A DNA stretch of 32,000 nucleotides from Ferroglobus placidus DSM 10642. GTDB taxonomy: Archaea; Halobacteriota; Archaeoglobi; Archaeoglobales; Archaeoglobaceae. Below the pieces are notes generated by a model that was not told where the DNA came from, ran no database searches, and saw nothing but the letters and a program-made list of their open reading frames with translations. This document shows, piece after piece, positions 28,782-32,000 of this stretch. The stretch is taken from NCBI RefSeq assembly GCF_000025505.1, contig NC_013849.1, positions 1,350,001 to 1,382,000 of the forward strand, in the 5' to 3' direction. The stretch's first letter is position 1. Each line of letters starts with the position of its first letter. The translations under genes and the position numbers were made by a program.

Positions 28782-29324
28782 TAAAGACCAAACCTGATAG
28801 ATTCCGAACAGCACAGTTGGAATCAAAGCAGTGATGAATGCGTTTCTGAACTCAATTTCCCTTGAATGTTTAATTGCGAAGCTCCAGATGACCAAGCTCC
28901 ATACAGTTACTGCTAAGTTGATTATTAAATTCGAGTAAACTAAATCCTTTGGAAGTACGTGCAGCATTACCGCTCTCATTACATCCGGATTCTGGAGCTG
29001 AGCGATGCTAATTTTAGGGGTTTTAGCATTTAGGATGTAGTTAACTGACATCGGGATAATTATTGCAGAGCCGATGGGAGAGGGCAAGAATCCGTAGCCA
29101 GTGAATTCGAAAGCTCTTCTGAAGGAACCTTTACCGTCGACGTACCTCATTTCCCAATGATAAGCGTACATGTTAAGTCTTTCAGACAACCAAACGTCGA
29201 TAAAACTCCCATCAATAATGAATATTATCAGCTTGTGTGTGATTGGGGTAAATTCGACGATATCTGGAAATCCTTTCTCAGCAATCTCGGTGAGCTTTCT
29301 TAATTTTTCAATAACCCAACTCCC
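28767..29324 (-). pseudogene. Probable remnant/chimera: TumE-like N-terminal segment joined in frame to a Yip1-like membrane C-terminal segment
   Basis: The track ORF starts at an internal TTG at 29189, but the frame is open back to TGA at 29325-29327: GSWVIEKLRKLTEIAEKGFPDIVEFTPITHKLIIFIIDGSFIDVWLSERLNMYAYHWEMRYVDGKGSFRRAFEFTGYGFLPSPIGSAIIIP... No ATG/GTG/TTG start lies at the expected place. Confidence 0.55.
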
Positions 29325-29560
29325 TCAATAAAGCTCTAATTTTCTCTGCTTGTGATTCGAGGTAATCGAGTTTGAAGAAGTAGCTGAAGATATAATCTCT
29401 AAGGGTTGTAATCTCTAAGGGCAGGGTCATCGGGAATAGAAGCTTTTAATGCCTCCAAAATTCTCAACCTTCTTTTAAAATTGTAAGGATCGCATCTCTT
29501 GAATATTCCGTAACTATTAAATACACAAAAATCGAAGGTAGTAAACGGGTTATGGTAAAT
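29312..29560 (-). pseudogene. Decayed small ORF (possible antitoxin partner of the TumE-like fragment)
   Basis: Minus-strand frame FNSYGIFKRCDPYNFKRRLRILEALKASIPDDPALRDYNP*, resuming one frame over as DYIFSYFFKLDYLESQAEKIRALLRELGY* across a 16-bp-period duplication. Outer boundaries are approximate. Confidence 0.5.
29393..29421. repeat. Direct repeat TAATCTCTAAGGG, two copies, 16-bp period
   Basis: TAATCTCTAAGGG at 29393-29405 and again at 29409-29421, separated by TTG. Confidence 0.85.
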
Positions 29561-29773
29561 TTAGTTCCAATTGTACTAGTCGCTATTGTAGTTATAAGCG
29601 TAGTCTATATTACCTACTCTCAGATTTTCTCTCAGCCAATTGTTACGACTGAAAAAATTTCTGATATGGCAATACAAATTTTAATCTTAAATAGTATGGC
29701 AAGAATTATATTAATGATTGTTCTGTTAATCTTACTAGTTATTGTAGCTGTAAATCTTGTGTTCAGACCTTAG
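29552..29773 (+). CDS. Small two-TM hypothetical protein
   Basis: 73 aa; MVNLVPIVLVAIVVISVVYITYS...MARIILMIVLLILLVIVAVNLVFRP. Confidence 0.5.
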   Translation: MVNLVPIVLVAIVVISVVYITYSQIFSQPIVTTEKISDMAIQILILNSMARIILMIVLLILLVIVAVNLVFRP

Positions 29774-29816
29774 GCAAAATCTCTAAGCGACAGAGTGGAA
29801 TTTGTCTTAAAATTTT

Positions 29817-29835
29817 AGAAAACGATTTATAAAAA
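29817..29835 (+). promoter_or_regulatory. Candidate BRE/TATA element
   Basis: AGAAAACGATTTATAAAAA upstream of the CDS at 29884; a near-identical AGAAAACGATTTAAAT occurs at 9911-9926 before the acyl-CoA dehydrogenase. Confidence 0.45.
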
Positions 29836-29883
29836 ATTCTCCATCGAAATCGTTATAAAGCAACATTTACGGAAAAATACCTA

Positions 29884-30297
29884 ATGAGGGCTTACGTTGA
29901 GCCGCTAAAATTGCTGATTTGTGATAACGAAGCTTCGAAGGGTGTTAAAGCTGAAAGAATTTTCGGTGGTTTTTGCGAGTGCGGGGGGATAATGTTCCAG
30001 AAAAGCTGGCACCTCATTAACGGGAGAAAACTTCTCGTCTCTGAGTGCGATAAGTGCTGGAAAGTTAAAGCCTACGCTTTTTCTGGATTGGAGCTTGTTG
30101 AATCGTTTGAAGTAAAAACGTACACGAGAGCGAATCTCCTCGATTTGCTCAGAGAACTTCTGAGTGAAGCGGAGTTCAATGCAGTCGTGGATAAATTCAA
30201 CGGAGGCAATTACAACTATTCGGCTTTGAGCAGGGCTAAAAAGAAACTTGAAAGTTTGGGAGTAGATTTTGAGGAGCTAATCAGTCATTTATTTTAA
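29884..30297 (+). CDS. Hypothetical protein with a possible zinc-ribbon
   Basis: 137 aa; FCECGGIMF...SECDKCWKVKAYAF. Confidence 0.65.
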   Translation: MRAYVEPLKLLICDNEASKGVKAERIFGGFCECGGIMFQKSWHLINGRKLLVSECDKCWKVKAYAFSGLELVESFEVKTYTRANLLDLLRELLSEAEFNAVVDKFNGGNYNYSALSRAKKKLESLGVDFEELISHLF

Positions 30298-31246
30298 TTT
30301 TCAAGCTGAAAATCAGACCGAACAGCATGTTGGTTAGATAAGTTATTATTCTCCATCCGGCGACTACCGAAGCTAAGGAGCCGCGAACGAATTGAGAGTA
30401 TAGGTAGAAGAAGCTACCCTCCGAAATTCCGCTGCTTCCCGGAGTAAGGGGAAGAAGGGAGATCACGACTATTATCGCTTGAGATGTTACCGACAGCAAG
30501 AAGTTCGGTTCTTTGCCGAAAGCCATGAGAACAAAGGACGGCACGAGGAATTCGGACAACCAAAGAACGGATGTGAGAGCAAACATTACCGCTATTCTCT
30601 TTTTGCTCGTTCTGAGAACGTCAACCAAAGCCTCCCTGAAGTTCCAGACTTCCTTCTCTATTTTCTCGTAAATTCTCTTACTCAACCTCTTCTCGAGGAA
30701 GTTCAGAGCTCTTTCTACTCTTGCGGGGTGTTTGAGCAACTCTCTGAGGAGTACGAGAAAGAGTATCAAGAGGATGAAGAAAGCCAACCCTACTCTGAAC
30801 CCGAGTTTTAGTGAGAACTCAGTCAGGGAAAGAAGAATAGCTAACGACGTTACGAAGAATATTGAATCGAGAAGCCTTTCTATAAGGATTATTGCAGTAG
30901 CCCTTCCAATTCCCATTCCGTTTTTCGAAAGGAGGTAAGCTCTAACGGGCTCTCCTCCAGCGGAAGAAGGAGTTATCGCTGCAAAAAACATGCTCGACAT
31001 AGTTATTTTAAAAGAGTTGGAAAAGCTGACGTTGCCGTTGAAAGTCTCTACCAAAAATTTCAGTCTGAAAGCCCAGAAAATCCAGAATAGTACGTGGAAA
31101 AGCATGGCGGCGGCGATGTAAACAGGATTCGCTTCGAAAAGAGTTGACACGTCCTCTCCAGTAATTTTGAAAATTGCAAATATTGCTGCGAGTGAGAATA
31201 CTGCTGCTATCAATGTTCTCTTTAGCTCCTTTTTGGAGGAACCCAT
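30281..31246 (-). CDS. UPF0104/YbhN-like (AglD-type) integral membrane flippase-like protein
   Basis: 321 aa; LKFLVETFNGNVSFSNSFKITMSSMFFAAITPSSAGGEPVRAYLLSKNGMGIGRATAIILIERLLDSIFF, LLPLTPGSSGISEGSFFYLY. Confidence 0.88.
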   Translation of the reverse strand: MGSSKKELKRTLIAAVFSLAAIFAIFKITGEDVSTLFEANPVYIAAAMLFHVLFWIFWAFRLKFLVETFNGNVSFSNSFKITMSSMFFAAITPSSAGGEPVRAYLLSKNGMGIGRATAIILIERLLDSIFFVTSLAILLSLTEFSLKLGFRVGLAFFILLILFLVLLRELLKHPARVERALNFLEKRLSKRIYEKIEKEVWNFREALVDVLRTSKKRIAVMFALTSVLWLSEFLVPSFVLMAFGKEPNFLLSVTSQAIIVVISLLPLTPGSSGISEGSFFYLYSQFVRGSLASVVAGWRIITYLTNMLFGLIFSLKIKIND

Positions 31247-32000
31247 TTTACCTTCTCACCTCTCAGGTAGCTGATCACAGCCGACAAGGCTGCTGCTTGG
31301 AGAACCAAGCAGTAGATAATAAAAGCTGCGTAGACTTTAAAGCCTTCGTTTTTTCTGTAAACGAGTAAAGCTGGAAGGGAGAGCAGAATCAGGGGGAGAA
31401 AAACCGCAGGAATGAAGGTTAAAGTTAGAGAAAAAAGCCAAGAGAGTTTGAAGGACAGTTTTCTCGATCGTGCAACAAGCTTAAAGTAATTCCATAGCTG
31501 CAACCCTCCGTAATACCACCTCTTCCTCTGGTTAAAGAAATCTTTTACGGTTACTGGAGACTGCTCGAAAAGCTTTCCTTCGGCGAGTTCAGCTTTTAGT
31601 CCGAGGCAGTGCATTCTCGTGGCAAAATCTGCGTCCTCAGTTATAGCATCTTCATTTAGAAGGTGCTTGTATAAAAACCTCGGGTTGAGAACTCCGATCA
31701 ACCCGTTGAATTGTTTGAAAGCCGAAATTCTCAAAAGAAAGTTTATAAGCCTGTACTCGAGAGATACAGCCTTGGAAATAAAGCTGTAGTCGTTGTAAAT
31801 GTACCTCTTTGTCGATTTTATGTAAACGTCTCCGTTTAAATCTGAACATTTTATCAGAAAATCTTCTTCGGGTCGAGAATCCACGTCGAAAATCGCTACG
31901 AGATCGGGCTTGAATTTTTTCAGAGCTTTTAGACCATCGTTTATCGCTCCAGCTCTTTTCCCCCTATTCGTGTTTCTCGCAAGAACATCTACTTTGAGGT
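31222..32000 (-). CDS. Family 2 glycosyltransferase, C-terminal part (runs off the right edge)
   Basis: Minus frame is open to the window edge: LKVDVLARNTNRGKRAGAINDGLKALKKFKPDLVAIFDVDSRPEEDFL...FEQSPVTVKDFFNQRKRWYYGGLQ, followed by TM segments. Confidence 0.9.
   Translation of the reverse strand, partial: LKVDVLARNTNRGKRAGAINDGLKALKKFKPDLVAIFDVDSRPEEDFLIKCSDLNGDVYIKSTKRYIYNDYSFISKAVSLEYRLINFLLRISAFKQFNGLIGVLNPRFLYKHLLNEDAITEDADFATRMHCLGLKAELAEGKLFEQSPVTVKDFFNQRKRWYYGGLQLWNYFKLVARSRKLSFKLSWLFSLTLTFIPAVFLPLILLSLPALLVYRKNEGFKVYAAFIIYCLVLQAAALSAVISYLRGEKVKWVPPKRS

Noticed and set aside
1-32000. CRISPR array, tRNA/rRNA genes or an intact insertion sequence
   Set aside because: No regularly spaced repeats, no cloverleaf-like or rRNA-like stretches, and no transposase ORF were seen by eye; a formal scan (tRNAscan-SE, CRISPR finder, ISfinder) was not run.

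Overview
The window looks like a gene-dense euryarchaeal chromosome segment, most like an Archaeoglobales-type gene repertoire; that attribution is an inference from gene content. No rRNA, tRNA, CRISPR array or intact IS element was recognised. Core modules: (1) AMP-dependent acyl-CoA synthetase (partial), LUD/4Fe-4S protein, IlvD, F420-dependent NADP reductase-like protein, amidohydrolase, MgtC-like protein, Sir2. (2) A propionyl/methylmalonyl block: acyl-CoA dehydrogenase, methylmalonyl-CoA mutase large and B12-binding subunits, MeaB-type GTPase, wHTH, nitrilase-family hydrolase. (3) A compact minus-strand DNA end-resection operon: mre11-rad50-nurA-(160 aa unknown)-herA-(S4/FtsJ-like). (4) NOP2/Sun RNA methyltransferase, DUF131-like pair, flavin reductase-like protein, Nfu-like protein, and a flippase-like/glycosyltransferase pair. 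Accessory patches of interest: an uncharacterised three-gene cluster at 7.9-9.3 kb (Tat-like exported protein, unknown soluble protein, small multi-TM protein) preceded by CGAAT/ATTCG repeats; a compact restriction-modification-like island at 15.4-17.2 kb with an AbrB-like protein; and a decayed toxin-antitoxin region at 28.1-29.5 kb (frameshifted PIN toxin, TumE-like chimera, ORF broken by a 16-bp tandem duplication). Rad50 also carries a CX6C motif in place of the usual CXXC zinc hook. All family calls come from reading motifs by eye; no database search was run.
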